Assembly: GCA_039588295.1 (NCBI GenBank)
Contig: JBDHAB010000002.1
Span: forward strand, 1 to 64,000
DNA length: 64,000 nucleotides
From: Gemmatimonadota bacterium
Lineage (GTDB): Bacteria; Gemmatimonadota; Gemmatimonadetes; Gemmatimonadales; GWC2-71-9
Direction of reading: 5' to 3'
The translations under genes were made by a program, and so were the position numbers. Below are positions 37,779 to 47,610 of this stretch, in pieces. The notes below the pieces were generated by a model. That model was not told where the DNA came from. It saw only the letters and a list, made by a program, of their open reading frames with translations, and did not search any database. Positions within the stretch are counted from its first letter, which is position 1. Each line of letters starts with the position of its first letter.

Positions 37779-37801
37779 ATGTCACCGGGCGGGCTCACGC
37801 G

Positions 37802-39127
37802 ATGAGTGACCGCCCCGCAATCGCGATCGTCCCGCTCTCGGAATCCTTCCGCCGAGCGTGGGATGACATCGCTGCCGAGGTGGGCGCCGATGCCGTCGAA
37901 CTCCAAGAGGCGGCGGCTCCTCCGGCCAATACCGTCGTCGTGATCGTGGCTGCCGGCGGGGAGGAAGACCGTGCGCTCGACATGGTGTCCGGCATCCAGC
38001 GCCCTGCGGGGGTTCCCCTCTATCTGGTCGGCGCCAAGGCCTCTCATCGGTTTGCCGTCGAGGCCCTGCGCCGTGGCGCCACCGACTACTTCGCGTTCCC
38101 CCAAGACCTCGACATCCTGCGGCGGAGCGTCGGCTCACGAGTGGATGCCGCGAGGGAGCGGTTCCGTCCAGCCGACGGTGAGGCAACCCGTGACACCTTT
38201 GAAGCACTCCAGGGGCAGAGTGACGCGCTCAACAGCGTGCTCGAGGCGGCCCGCCGCGTGGTGCGCCATGCGAGTGTGACGGTGCTGATTCAGGGGGAGA
38301 CCGGCACCGGCAAAGAACTCTTGGCTCGGGCGCTGCACGAAGGAAGCCCGCGGAGTCAGGGGCCCTTCGTGGCGGTCAACTGCGCCGCGATTCCGCGAGA
38401 GCTCATGGAGAGCGAGCTCTTCGGACACGAGCGCGGGGCGTTTACCGACGCGCACGCCGCCAAGCCGGGACTGTTCGAGGAGGCGCACCGAGGCACGCTC
38501 TTCCTCGACGAGATCGGGCACCTGCCGTTGTCGCTCCAGGGGAAGCTCCTTCGTGCGCTCGACGACCGTCGGATTCGTCGGGTTGGCAGCACCCAGAGCC
38601 GGGAGATCGACGTCCGGATCATTACGGCAACCCATGTCCAACTCGACGAAGCCGTGCGGGAAGGTGGATTCCGCGAGGATCTCTACTATCGCATCAACGT
38701 CGTGACGTTGACGCTGCCCCCACTCCGCGAGCGGGCTGCCGACATCGATCTCCTCGCAGGCCACTTCGCCGAGCGACTCGCCGCTCGGTACGGCCTGCCG
38801 GCACCACGCATCACTCCCGAGGTTAGCACCGCGCTGCGGGGTTATCGGTGGCCCGGCAACGTACGGGAGCTCCAACATTCGGTCGAGCGCGCGTTATTGC
38901 TTTCCGACCCCGGGACGCTCAACCCCGCGCACCTGACGCCACAGGCACCACCCGCCCGCGCCTCCTCTGGGGGAGCCATTCCGTTTCCGGCCACGGTCGA
39001 CGAGATCCTCGCGGCTGCGGCGCGCGCCGCGATTACGCAGTACGGGGGTAACAAGACGGCTGCGGCACGGCAACTCGGGATCTCACGTGCCAGACTCCAA
39101 CGCCTGCTCGAGCGCGGTGAGGCATGA
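37802..39127 (+). CDS. sigma54-dependent enhancer-binding protein with degenerate receiver domain
   Basis: GETGTGKE, GAFTDA, TLFLDEIG, FREDLYYR, WPGNVREL, Fis-type HTH GNKTAAARQLGISR. Confidence 0.95.
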   Translation: MSDRPAIAIVPLSESFRRAWDDIAAEVGADAVELQEAAAPPANTVVVIVAAGGEEDRALDMVSGIQRPAGVPLYLVGAKASHRFAVEALRRGATDYFAFPQDLDILRRSVGSRVDAARERFRPADGEATRDTFEALQGQSDALNSVLEAARRVVRHASVTVLIQGETGTGKELLARALHEGSPRSQGPFVAVNCAAIPRELMESELFGHERGAFTDAHAAKPGLFEEAHRGTLFLDEIGHLPLSLQGKLLRALDDRRIRRVGSTQSREIDVRIITATHVQLDEAVREGGFREDLYYRINVVTLTLPPLRERAADIDLLAGHFAERLAARYGLPAPRITPEVSTALRGYRWPGNVRELQHSVERALLLSDPGTLNPAHLTPQAPPARASSGGAIPFPATVDEILAAAARAAITQYGGNKTAAARQLGISRARLQRLLERGEA

Positions 39128-40140
39128 TGATGACCGGACCGCCGCATTCCGCCGACTTCGACGATCCCCTCGTGAACGCTCGACGAGCGGTCAACGTGAG
39201 TCGGTTCCAGGATGCCTGGACGGAACTGAATCGCCTCCCCGAGCCCGTGCGGACGTCACCCGAAGGTCTGCTGCTCGGTGCGATGGCGAGCTGGCGGCTC
39301 GGCGAGTTCGTGCGCAGCCGCACGGCCGCACTGCAGGCGCGCGATGGGTTTCGGGCGCGCGGCGACACCGACGGCGAGATGCGCGCCGAGAACGTCGCCG
39401 CAGCCGGCGCGTTCGCGCTGGGCAACATGGACGAGGCCGAACGCGGTTTCACCCGGGCGCTCTCCCTGGCCGATGAGCTGGGGGACGATCTCATGATGGC
39501 GCGCTGCGCGAACAACCTTGGCAACGTCGCCTACTACCGGTCCCGCTACGAGAGCGCACTGAGCTTCTATCGTCTGGCGACCGCCAATTTCGAGAAGCTC
39601 ACGTTTTGGAAGGGATTCGCCGAGAGTTGGCTCAACTCGGCAATCGTGCTGCACGACGCTGGATCGTTCGAGGCCTCACGGGAAGCGGGTGCACGCGCCG
39701 TCGAGGCAGCCGAGCGTTCCCGCGATGAGCGGGTACTGGGACAGGCGCTGGCAGCGCGCTCGGAGGCCGAAGTCGCGCTTGGAGATCTCGCACTGGCACT
39801 GGCACAGGCCACACGGGCCCTGGCGCTCGCCCAGTTGCACGAGCATGTGGTTGGTGAGGCGGACGCACTCCGGATCCTGTCGGTGATCGCGCGACTCAGG
39901 GGCCAGGCCGATCATGGAGAGGCGTTTGGGCGACGGGCGCTCGAGATCGCCCAGCGGGTAGGTGATCCGTGGCGACGTGCTGAGATCCAACGCGACCTGG
40001 GAACGCTCTACGCGGCCGTTGGCCGCGCGCGGGATGCCGCCGCGGCGTTCAGCGACGCCGCGAGGGCGTTTGACGCCCTGGGTGCGGAGTCGCGCGCCGC
40101 CGCAATGCGCGAGCAGGCGGCGGCAGCGAACCAGAGCTAG
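39124..40140 (+). CDS. tetratricopeptide repeat protein (MalT-like TPR)
   Basis: ARCANNLGNVAYY, AESWLNSAIV, AEIQRDLGTLY; 4-nt overlap with the bEBP gene. Confidence 0.85.
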   Translation: MMMTGPPHSADFDDPLVNARRAVNVSRFQDAWTELNRLPEPVRTSPEGLLLGAMASWRLGEFVRSRTAALQARDGFRARGDTDGEMRAENVAAAGAFALGNMDEAERGFTRALSLADELGDDLMMARCANNLGNVAYYRSRYESALSFYRLATANFEKLTFWKGFAESWLNSAIVLHDAGSFEASREAGARAVEAAERSRDERVLGQALAARSEAEVALGDLALALAQATRALALAQLHEHVVGEADALRILSVIARLRGQADHGEAFGRRALEIAQRVGDPWRRAEIQRDLGTLYAAVGRARDAAAAFSDAARAFDALGAESRAAAMREQAAAANQS

Positions 40141-40754
40141 AAGAGACTCGGCTGCGCCAGCGGCGCGAACGAGATCCGGTGGTGTGGGGTCGGCCCGGTC
40201 CGGGCCAAGGTGGTGAGATGGTGATGCGTCGCGTAGCCCTTGTTCTCCTCCCAGCCGAAGCTCGGGTACCGCGGCGCGAGTCTCGCCATGAGGCGATCCC
40301 GGGCACACTTCGCCAGCACCGACGCCGCCGACACCGACTGACACAGGCCGTCTCCCCCAACCACGGGCTCGTGCTCCCGGCCCAACTCCGGCAGCGCGTT
40401 CCCGTCGAGCAGCACATAGTCCGGCGCGACCCGTAGACGACGCATGGCACGGCGCATCGCGAGAGCCGTCGCGCGCCGGATGTTCATCCGGTCGATCTCC
40501 CGCACGGAGGCCCCGCCCAGCGCCCACGCAACAGCGGCTCGCCTGACTTCTTCGGCGAGCCGTTCTCGTTCGGCTGCAGTCATGAGTTTGGAATCGCGCA
40601 GGCCCTCGAGTGCGGCCTGCCCCGGTGGAAACACCACCGCGGCGGCAATCACCGGACCGGCGATAGGACCCCGCCCCACCTCGTCCAGCCCGGCAACGGT
40701 CCGGAAACCCTTCGCCCAGAGCGCCCGCTCGCGCTCAAGCGTCGGGTCCGCCAC
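40137..40754 (-). CDS. rnhB: ribonuclease HII
   Basis: GLDEVGRGP, LRDSK, AASVLAK..RD, NKGY. Confidence 0.97.
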   Translation of the reverse strand: MADPTLERERALWAKGFRTVAGLDEVGRGPIAGPVIAAAVVFPPGQAALEGLRDSKLMTAAERERLAEEVRRAAVAWALGGASVREIDRMNIRRATALAMRRAMRRLRVAPDYVLLDGNALPELGREHEPVVGGDGLCQSVSAASVLAKCARDRLMARLAPRYPSFGWEENKGYATHHHLTTLARTGPTPHHRISFAPLAQPSLF

Positions 40755-41102
40755 CTAATACTCTTTCCGCTCCGGAATGCGGGCGGCTCTGCCGGCGAGT
40801 TGCTTCAGGTAGTACAGCTTCGCGCGCCGCACCCGGCCCCGTCGCACCACATCGATGCGCGCGACGGTCGGTGAGTGAAGCGGGAATACGCGCTCGACCC
40901 CGACGCCACCGGAGACTTTCCGCACGGTGAACGTCTCGCTGATTCCACCGCCCCTGCGGGCGATACACACCCCCTCGAACACCTGCAGACGCTGCTTGTC
41001 GCCTTCACGCACGCGGACCGAGATCCGGAGCGTGTCGCCCGGCCGGAAATCGGGGAGGTCGTCCCGCAATCCCTCGCGCTGGATCGCGTCCATCGGATTC
41101 AT
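40755..41102 (-). CDS. rplS: 50S ribosomal protein L19
   Basis: [34 protein letters not shown]. Confidence 0.98.
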   Translation of the reverse strand: MNPMDAIQREGLRDDLPDFRPGDTLRISVRVREGDKQRLQVFEGVCIARRGGGISETFTVRKVSGGVGVERVFPLHSPTVARIDVVRRGRVRRAKLYYLKQLAGRAARIPERKEY

Positions 41103-41112
41103 CGTACACCTC

Positions 41113-41820
41113 TCACGTCTCGGTCTCGTCGGACCGCTGTTCAGCCTCGTGGCGGGCCCACAGGTCAGGCCGCCGCATTCGCGTCAGTTCCTCCGCCTGG
41201 GCCTGTCGCCAGGCTGCCACGGCGGCGTGATCACCGCTCACCAGCACGTCGGGCACCGCATGGCCGCGATATGTGCGCGGGCGCGTGTAGCTCGGAGGAC
41301 TCAAGAGTCCCTCGTAGAACGAATCACCGGCCGCGGACTCATGGTCACCCAGCGCTCCCGGGAGCAGCCGGACGACTGCATCGATCACGCACAGCGCGGC
41401 AAACTCACCACCGGAGAACACCACATCTCCGAGCGTGATCTCCTCGGTGTCCCCCCACAACGCCACCCGGGCATCGAGGTCCTTGTAGTGCCCGCAGAGG
41501 AGCGTGAGCTCCCGGCCGACACTGTACCGCACCGCATCCTCGTGCGCGAACGGCCTCCCTCGCGCAGACAGCAACACGATCGGTGGCGACGGCGCCAAGT
41601 CATCGAGTGCCTCGTAGAACGGCTCGGGCTTGAGCACCATCCCCGCCCCACCACCGTACGGATAATCGTCGACAGTTTGGTGCCGGTCGTGGGTGTACGT
41701 CCGCAAGTCGACGACCCGATACGTCACCAGGCCCTTGTCTGCCGCCCGTCCCAAGATGCTCGTACGGATCGGGGCGTCAAACAGCTCCGGGAACAGCGTT
41801 ACGACGTTGACCCGGAGCAT
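41113..41820 (-). CDS. trmD: tRNA (guanine37-N1)-methyltransferase
   Basis: [36 protein letters not shown]. Confidence 0.97.
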   Translation of the reverse strand: MLRVNVVTLFPELFDAPIRTSILGRAADKGLVTYRVVDLRTYTHDRHQTVDDYPYGGGAGMVLKPEPFYEALDDLAPSPPIVLLSARGRPFAHEDAVRYSVGRELTLLCGHYKDLDARVALWGDTEEITLGDVVFSGGEFAALCVIDAVVRLLPGALGDHESAAGDSFYEGLLSPPSYTRPRTYRGHAVPDVLVSGDHAAVAAWRQAQAEELTRMRRPDLWARHEAEQRSDETET

Positions 41821-41824
41821 CCTG

Positions 41825-42349
41825 CTACAGCTCCAACAATCCTTCGGGCGGATCGACCTCAATTGTCCGCGTCGCTCGATCGATCCGCCGGACCAGTGGT
41901 TTGCGGAACGGAACGAACACCTCCCGACCCGCAACGTCCACGACCAGCAACCGGTTTCCACCCGGTATCTCCATCAGTTCCGTCGCGACACCGATCTCGC
42001 GATCGCCAACCACGACGCGGGACCCCGGAATTTCGTGGATGTACAGCTCATCCTCGGACGGCGGCCGCAGTTCACTCTGCGGCACCCCAAACACCCGCTG
42101 GTGCCAACCCTCCAATGTCGGCCGATCCCCGACTCCTTCGAATTTCAGCAACCACTGGCGCTGATACGGCCGGCTTCGCTCCACCACGACCGGGGCACCG
42201 ATGGGGCTGCCGGCTTCATCGATGGGCGTCAGCAAGCGACCGGCGGCCAAGACCGTATCGGGCTCATCGGTCAGCGGCCAAGCAACGACCTCGCCTTTGA
42301 GCCCGTGCGGCTTGCGGAGGCGTGCCACCGCCAGGTAGCCGCCCTCCAT
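41825..42349 (-). CDS. rimM: 16S rRNA processing protein RimM
   Basis: PHGLKGEV, C-terminal PPEGLL, position between rpsP and trmD. Confidence 0.93.
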   Translation of the reverse strand: MEGGYLAVARLRKPHGLKGEVVAWPLTDEPDTVLAAGRLLTPIDEAGSPIGAPVVVERSRPYQRQWLLKFEGVGDRPTLEGWHQRVFGVPQSELRPPSEDELYIHEIPGSRVVVGDREIGVATELMEIPGGNRLLVVDVAGREVFVPFRKPLVRRIDRATRTIEVDPPEGLLEL

Positions 42350-42355
42350 GGCGCG

Positions 42356-42616
42356 CTAGCTCTCGGCGGTTGCGCCGAAAACGCCGGCTTGCTTGAACAG
42401 CGAACGGACGGTGTCCGACGGGGTCGCCCCCTTCGCCAGCCACGCCCTCGCACGGTCCGCATCCACCGTGATCGTCACCGGGTTCGTTCGTGGGTTGTAA
42501 TGTCCAATGGACTCCACGAACCGACCGCCTCGTGCCGTCGTGCGCTCCGCTACGACAATACGATACTCCGGTTGCTTCTTTCGGCCGATGCGACGCAAAC
42601 GGATTCGAGTCGCCAT
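42356..42616 (-). CDS. rpsP: 30S ribosomal protein S16
   Basis: IRLRRIG.KK.P.YRIVV, G.YNP, WL.KGA.PSDTV. Confidence 0.98.
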   Translation of the reverse strand: MATRIRLRRIGRKKQPEYRIVVAERTTARGGRFVESIGHYNPRTNPVTITVDADRARAWLAKGATPSDTVRSLFKQAGVFGATAES

Positions 42617-42621
42617 ACCCT

Positions 42622-44004
42622 CTACCTTGAGAACTCCTGTAACATGCCGGGCGGAACCGAGCGTCCCGCCCGCTTCATCATCTTCTGCATCTGCTCGTAC
42701 TGCTTGAGCAGAGTGTTCACTTCTTGCACTGGCCGCCCGGCCCCGCGTGCAATTCGGGCGCGCCGCGACCCGTTCAACACCTTCGGCCGCCGCCGCTCTT
42801 GAGGCGTCATCGACAGGATGATCGCCTCGACGTGGGCGAGCTTCTTCGGGTCCGCGTTCGCCTGCTTGAGCAGCTTGGGATTCATGCCCGGCAGCAGCCC
42901 CAGCAACCCGTCCAGCGGGCCCATCCGGCGAACCTGGCGCATCGCGGTCAGGTAATCCTCGAGGTCCATGCCCTTCTTCGAGGTCGCCTTCCGTGCAATT
43001 CGCTCCGCTTCTTCGGTCTTGACCGCCCGCTGTGCGCGCTCAACGAGTCCCACCACATCGCCGCGCTCCAAGATCCGACCCGCCATCCGCACTGGGTCAA
43101 ACAGATCGAGCGCGTCGAGCTGCTCACCGATGCCGACGAACTTGATCGGCGCACCGGTAACTCCGTAAATCGAAAGCGCCGCACCACCGCGAGCGTCACC
43201 GTCCAACTTCGTGAGGATCACGCCCGTGATTCCAACCGTATCGTGAAACCCCTTGGCGATCCGCACGGCGTCCTGGCCAGTCATCGCGTCGGCGACCAGC
43301 AGAATCTCGTGCGGTCGGACGGCATCCTTCAGCGCCGTCAGTTCCGCCATCATCTCGTCGTCGATCTGCAGCCGTCCGGATGTGTCGACCAGCACCGTGC
43401 GGGCACGCGCGGCCGATGCCGCCGCGATACCCTCCCGCACCAGCCCCACGACATCGGCGGCGGCAGGTCGCGACCGGTCCCCTGACGCCGGAACCGCCAA
43501 TCCGTCGGTCTGCCGATCCGTCGATCCGAACACCCCCACCCCGACCCGGTCGGCCAGCTGCCGGAGCTGGTCCTCGGCCGCCGGCCGATACACGTCCGCC
43601 GCTACGAGAAACGGCGCCTTCTGCTCCCGCTTGAGGCGAACGGCCAGCTTCCCCGCGGTCGTCGTCTTGCCCGAGCCCTGCAGCCCCGCGAGCAACATGA
43701 CCGTGGGCGGCACCGACGCGAACGCCAACGGCACCTGTTTCTCGCCCAGCATCCCGACGAGCTCGTCGTGGACGATCTTCACGAGCTGCTGCCCTGGGCT
43801 CACCGACTTGATCGTGTCGAGCCCCACCGCCTGCTGTCGGATGCGCTCCACGAACGATCGCGTGAGCTCATAGCTCACGTCCGCCTCGAGCAGCACCCGG
43901 CGGATCTCCCGGAGCCCGTCCTTGACGTCAGCTTCCGAGAGCACGCCGCGGCCCGTGAGCTTCTTCAGGGCCGCGCTGAGGTTCTCCGACAGACTGCCAA
44001 ACAT
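42622..44004 (-). CDS. ffh: signal recognition particle protein Ffh
   Basis: GLQGSGKTT, DVYRPAA, DTSGR, TKLDGDARGG, M domain SRRARIARG. Confidence 0.98.
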   Translation of the reverse strand: MFGSLSENLSAALKKLTGRGVLSEADVKDGLREIRRVLLEADVSYELTRSFVERIRQQAVGLDTIKSVSPGQQLVKIVHDELVGMLGEKQVPLAFASVPPTVMLLAGLQGSGKTTTAGKLAVRLKREQKAPFLVAADVYRPAAEDQLRQLADRVGVGVFGSTDRQTDGLAVPASGDRSRPAAADVVGLVREGIAAASAARARTVLVDTSGRLQIDDEMMAELTALKDAVRPHEILLVADAMTGQDAVRIAKGFHDTVGITGVILTKLDGDARGGAALSIYGVTGAPIKFVGIGEQLDALDLFDPVRMAGRILERGDVVGLVERAQRAVKTEEAERIARKATSKKGMDLEDYLTAMRQVRRMGPLDGLLGLLPGMNPKLLKQANADPKKLAHVEAIILSMTPQERRRPKVLNGSRRARIARGAGRPVQEVNTLLKQYEQMQKMMKRAGRSVPPGMLQEFSR

Positions 44005-44128
44005 AAGAGCCTTACAATATAGTCAGCCGCTATGAGGGATGCTACGGGATTGGGTGCGTTCCCGCGGGACCACCCGCCGATGCATTGGGGCTCCCCGGCA
44101 AACCGGCGGAGGCGGCACCTGCCGCTCG

Positions 44129-45676
44129 CTACAGCGCGATCGCTGCCAGCAGGGTGTAGAGCACCGCGCCGAGTCCCGCGGCCGTCAAGGCCAGCGGAAT
44201 CTGCGTATACACGTGGTCCATCAGATCGGACCCCGTGGCCAGCGACGACAGGATAGTCGTGTCCGAGATCGGCGAGCACTGATCGCCGAACACGCTGCCT
44301 CCCGTCACAGCGCCGAAACAGAGGAGCAGGAAGAGCGGGTCCTGACTCACCGAGTACGCCAGCGGCATGGCGACGGGAAACACCACCGCGTAGGTGCCCC
44401 ACGAGGTCCCGGTCGAGAACGCGATCACCATACACAGCACCAGGAACAGCGCCGGCACGACGACGGGGGTGAGGAAGCCCGAGGTGAGCTCGATGATGTA
44501 GGGAGCCGTCCCCACCGAATCGGCGACGCTCTTGAGGGTCACCGCCAACGCGAGCACGATTGCGCCGATCGTCACACCCTTGCACCCATCGACGATCGCC
44601 TCGATCGCGATCCGCAACCGCATCCCCTTGATCAGCGCGATGGCCAAGCCCGCCAACACGGCCAGCAAAAACGCCTCCGCAATGAGCAGCGTCGGCTCTT
44701 CCCAGCCCAACACGAAGAACGTGTAGAGATAGGGGAGGATCGCCACGCCAAGGAGGGTGCCCATCGGCCCGAAGAAATCGATCAGGCCGCTCCGATACCC
44801 TTCCGCCACCCGGACCACCGTGAGTTCTTCGGAGGTCAAGGGCTGTGCCCCCGGCCGGTTGAGTTGCCCGGTGTCACGCGCCCGCAGGATCGCCCTGGAC
44901 AATTTGCGTCCCACGACGAGTGGTACGTTTCCCCAGAGCCTTCCCGGCAGGAACGGCATCTTCTCGATCGAGAGCAACAGGGTGAACAACACCGCAAACC
45001 ATGCGTAGAAGTTGAACGGCAGCGCTCTGAAGAAGTAGCCAATGCTCTCCGACATCGTCTCCAGAAACGGAACGGTGCCGACGACCAGTCCGCCCACGTA
45101 AATGGGCCAGACGTTGAACGGAATGAGGGTTGCGGCAGGTGAGGCCGTCGAGTCGACGATGTACGAGAGCTCCTCGTGCGAGACCCGGTGCTTGTCACAC
45201 ACGGGGCGCACCGTGGTGCCCGTCAGCACCGTGCTGATCGTGCCACCCTGATGGAACACGATGCCCATGAACCACGCGAACAACTTGGCGGTCCGCGGTC
45301 CCACCACGAGCTTGCTGCCTGCCCACTCCGCGAACGTCTGCGCGCCACCCGTGCGGGTCCAGAGCCCGATCATGCCACCCAATGCCCAGAGGTAGACGAG
45401 CAGGATCAACGCGTACGCCTCACTCCCGATCGACGGAATGAGGTACTCCTGGATGATGTTCAGCTTACCGCTGATGACACCGCCCAGCGCAATGCCAATG
45501 AACAGCGAGCTGATGACTTCACGGGTGAGGAATGCCAAGATGATCGCCACCGCGGGCGGCAGGACCGACCAGAACCCATAGTGGTCGCCGTGTTGGGGGA
45601 ATCGCCCGCTGAGGAGGGCGACGGCCGCCACGACCGCCAACCCGCCGATGAGCAACATGACACCGCGCTTGTTCAA
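44129..45676 (-). CDS. Na+/H+ antiporter NhaC family transporter
   Basis: SYIVDSTASP, FSTGTSWGT, FGDQCSPISDTTILSS, HVYTQ. Confidence 0.9.
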   Translation of the reverse strand: MNKRGVMLLIGGLAVVAAVALLSGRFPQHGDHYGFWSVLPPAVAIILAFLTREVISSLFIGIALGGVISGKLNIIQEYLIPSIGSEAYALILLVYLWALGGMIGLWTRTGGAQTFAEWAGSKLVVGPRTAKLFAWFMGIVFHQGGTISTVLTGTTVRPVCDKHRVSHEELSYIVDSTASPAATLIPFNVWPIYVGGLVVGTVPFLETMSESIGYFFRALPFNFYAWFAVLFTLLLSIEKMPFLPGRLWGNVPLVVGRKLSRAILRARDTGQLNRPGAQPLTSEELTVVRVAEGYRSGLIDFFGPMGTLLGVAILPYLYTFFVLGWEEPTLLIAEAFLLAVLAGLAIALIKGMRLRIAIEAIVDGCKGVTIGAIVLALAVTLKSVADSVGTAPYIIELTSGFLTPVVVPALFLVLCMVIAFSTGTSWGTYAVVFPVAMPLAYSVSQDPLFLLLCFGAVTGGSVFGDQCSPISDTTILSSLATGSDLMDHVYTQIPLALTAAGLGAVLYTLLAAIAL

Positions 45677-46031
45677 CTTGGCCCTCCGAATCCGGTGAGT
45701 CGTCTCGCGGCCGCGAAGCCCGATCCCCAGCCGTCCGTGCGAACCCCGCGCAACCGTGCACCGCGCGCTCGGTCACTCCCAGGGCGTCGCCGATTCTAAC
45801 GCAATCTCCCACGGCGGGCAAAGCGCTCTGCCTCCGTCAGTTTCCCACAAAACGGAAACCGAATGGCGGCGTTCCACGTACCGGTGACGGGAACCGCCGA
45901 CGCCGGACCCATCCGCTTTTGCCGACGCCGCCTTAGATTCGTCGGCAGCATGCCAGCCCACGTTACCCGCCGTCTCGACGGAGCATCCGCCTTCGGGGAC
46001 CTCACATGACCGCTGCCTGCGACCGTCACTC

Positions 46032-47597
46032 ATGATCGCCGAGTTCTCGCTCCTGCGCGCAGCGGTGACCGTCCTGTTCGGAGCTCTCGCCGGGGGGCTC
46101 ACGAATGCCGTGGCAATCTCCATGCTGTTCCACCCCTACGAGCCACGTGGACCGTGGCGCTTCAAGCTCCAGGGCGCGATCCCCAAGAACAGGCCCCGGC
46201 TCGCGAAGACGATCGGCCGGACGGTTGGACAGCGTTTGCTCACCACGGACGATCTCGCCCGCCAACTCAGTGCGCCCGGGATGCAGGAGGCGTTTGACGG
46301 AGCGGTCCGGCAGTTCGTGTCGGCCATGCTCGAGACGGAACGCGGCAGCCTGCGACAGGAACTGCCCCCTGGGGTCCTCACCGAACTCGAGCACGCCACC
46401 GACGGCATCGCATCGTCGGTGGCGGAGTCCGTGACCGATTACGTGGCCACGGACGCCTTCCGTGAGGCCGTGGAACGGTTCCTGACCCGTGCGCGAACCG
46501 AGTTCTCCGATCGGCCGATCGGTGACGTGTTAACTGCCGCGCGCCAGACGGCCATTCGCGAGCGCGTCGAGCAGTGGGTGTCCGACGCCGTGGAGAGCGA
46601 GGAGCTGGACCGCACCATCCGTAGCTGGCTCGACCGGCAGGCGAGTCGGTTCGCGACCGACCGCACCCCGCTCCTGGAGCGCCTGCCTCCCGACTTGGTC
46701 GCGGTCGTGGAGCGGGAGATGGCGGGCTATCTGCCGATGGCGCTCGACCGGCTCGCAGCGACGCTTGCCGATCCGCAGGCCCGGGGGCGGATCCAGCGAA
46801 CCCTCCACGAGCTGTTCCAGCGGTTCATTCGCGAGTTGTTGATCCACCAACGTATCGTGGCACGGCTCGTCGTGACCGAGAAGATGGTCGCTCGGCTGCT
46901 GGACAACTTCGAGCGCGAGGGGGTCGACCATGTGTCGGCGCTGCTGGATGAGCCGGAAATGCGGACGCAGATCGCGCGAAGCATCAACGACGCAGTCGTA
47001 GGATTTCTCCGTCGCCCGCTCGCGGAGCACCTCGAACGCCTCGGACCGGAGCGCATCGCCGGCATCACCGAGACGGCGGCTCAACACATCACCTTGGCCC
47101 TCCGCGACCCGCTCACGCGCACCCATGCCATTGAGCGGCTCGACCGCGCGCTGCAATCGGCCGAGGACCGTACGTGGGGCGAACTGCTGCGGCATCTGCA
47201 GCCCGAACGCGCGGCAGGCTGGGTAGCCGAAACCGCGCGCACCCCGCGTCTGAAGGATTGGGTCGCCGACGGAACGGCCACTGCGCTGCGGGCCGCTTTG
47301 GACCGCCCCATTGGACGCCCGGCCGACTGGCTGCCGGAAGGCCAAGCGGATCGCCTCACGGCCGCGCTGTCGCCCACCCTATGGAAGTGGATTCAGCAGC
47401 AGGTGCCCGAGGTGGTGGCGCGGGTCGACGTTCAGTCGATAGTGGAGGAGAAGGTGCTCAGCTTCTCGCTTGAGCGGATCGAACAGATCGTGCGCGCCAC
47501 GACACAACGTGAGCTCGACATCATTATCCGGCTGGGCTACGCCCTCGGTGCCATGGTCGGCGCCATGGCGTACTTCGTGTCTCTGGTGTTGCCGTAG
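46032..47597 (+). CDS. DUF445 family membrane protein
   Basis: GGLTNAVAI.MLF.P..G.IPK; C-terminal EL..I..LG..LG..VG. Confidence 0.9.
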   Translation: MIAEFSLLRAAVTVLFGALAGGLTNAVAISMLFHPYEPRGPWRFKLQGAIPKNRPRLAKTIGRTVGQRLLTTDDLARQLSAPGMQEAFDGAVRQFVSAMLETERGSLRQELPPGVLTELEHATDGIASSVAESVTDYVATDAFREAVERFLTRARTEFSDRPIGDVLTAARQTAIRERVEQWVSDAVESEELDRTIRSWLDRQASRFATDRTPLLERLPPDLVAVVEREMAGYLPMALDRLAATLADPQARGRIQRTLHELFQRFIRELLIHQRIVARLVVTEKMVARLLDNFEREGVDHVSALLDEPEMRTQIARSINDAVVGFLRRPLAEHLERLGPERIAGITETAAQHITLALRDPLTRTHAIERLDRALQSAEDRTWGELLRHLQPERAAGWVAETARTPRLKDWVADGTATALRAALDRPIGRPADWLPEGQADRLTAALSPTLWKWIQQQVPEVVARVDVQSIVEEKVLSFSLERIEQIVRATTQRELDIIIRLGYALGAMVGAMAYFVSLVLP

Positions 47598-47610
47598 TCT
47601 CCGAGGCTCG

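Noticed and set aside
38430..38460. GAFTDA instead of GAFTGA as a sign of an inactive bEBP
   Set aside because: GAFTDA is a common natural variant and the other AAA+ motifs are intact
40137..44004. ffh-rpsP-rimM-trmD-rplS-rnhB cluster, and add-nupC-punA at 60854-64000, as novel
   Set aside because: Ordinary conserved housekeeping and salvage operons
45817..45832. GGCAAAGCGCTCTGCC as c-di-GMP riboswitch or LacI operator
   Set aside because: No GAAA-tetraloop/receptor architecture; a single imperfect palindrome is too weak to call
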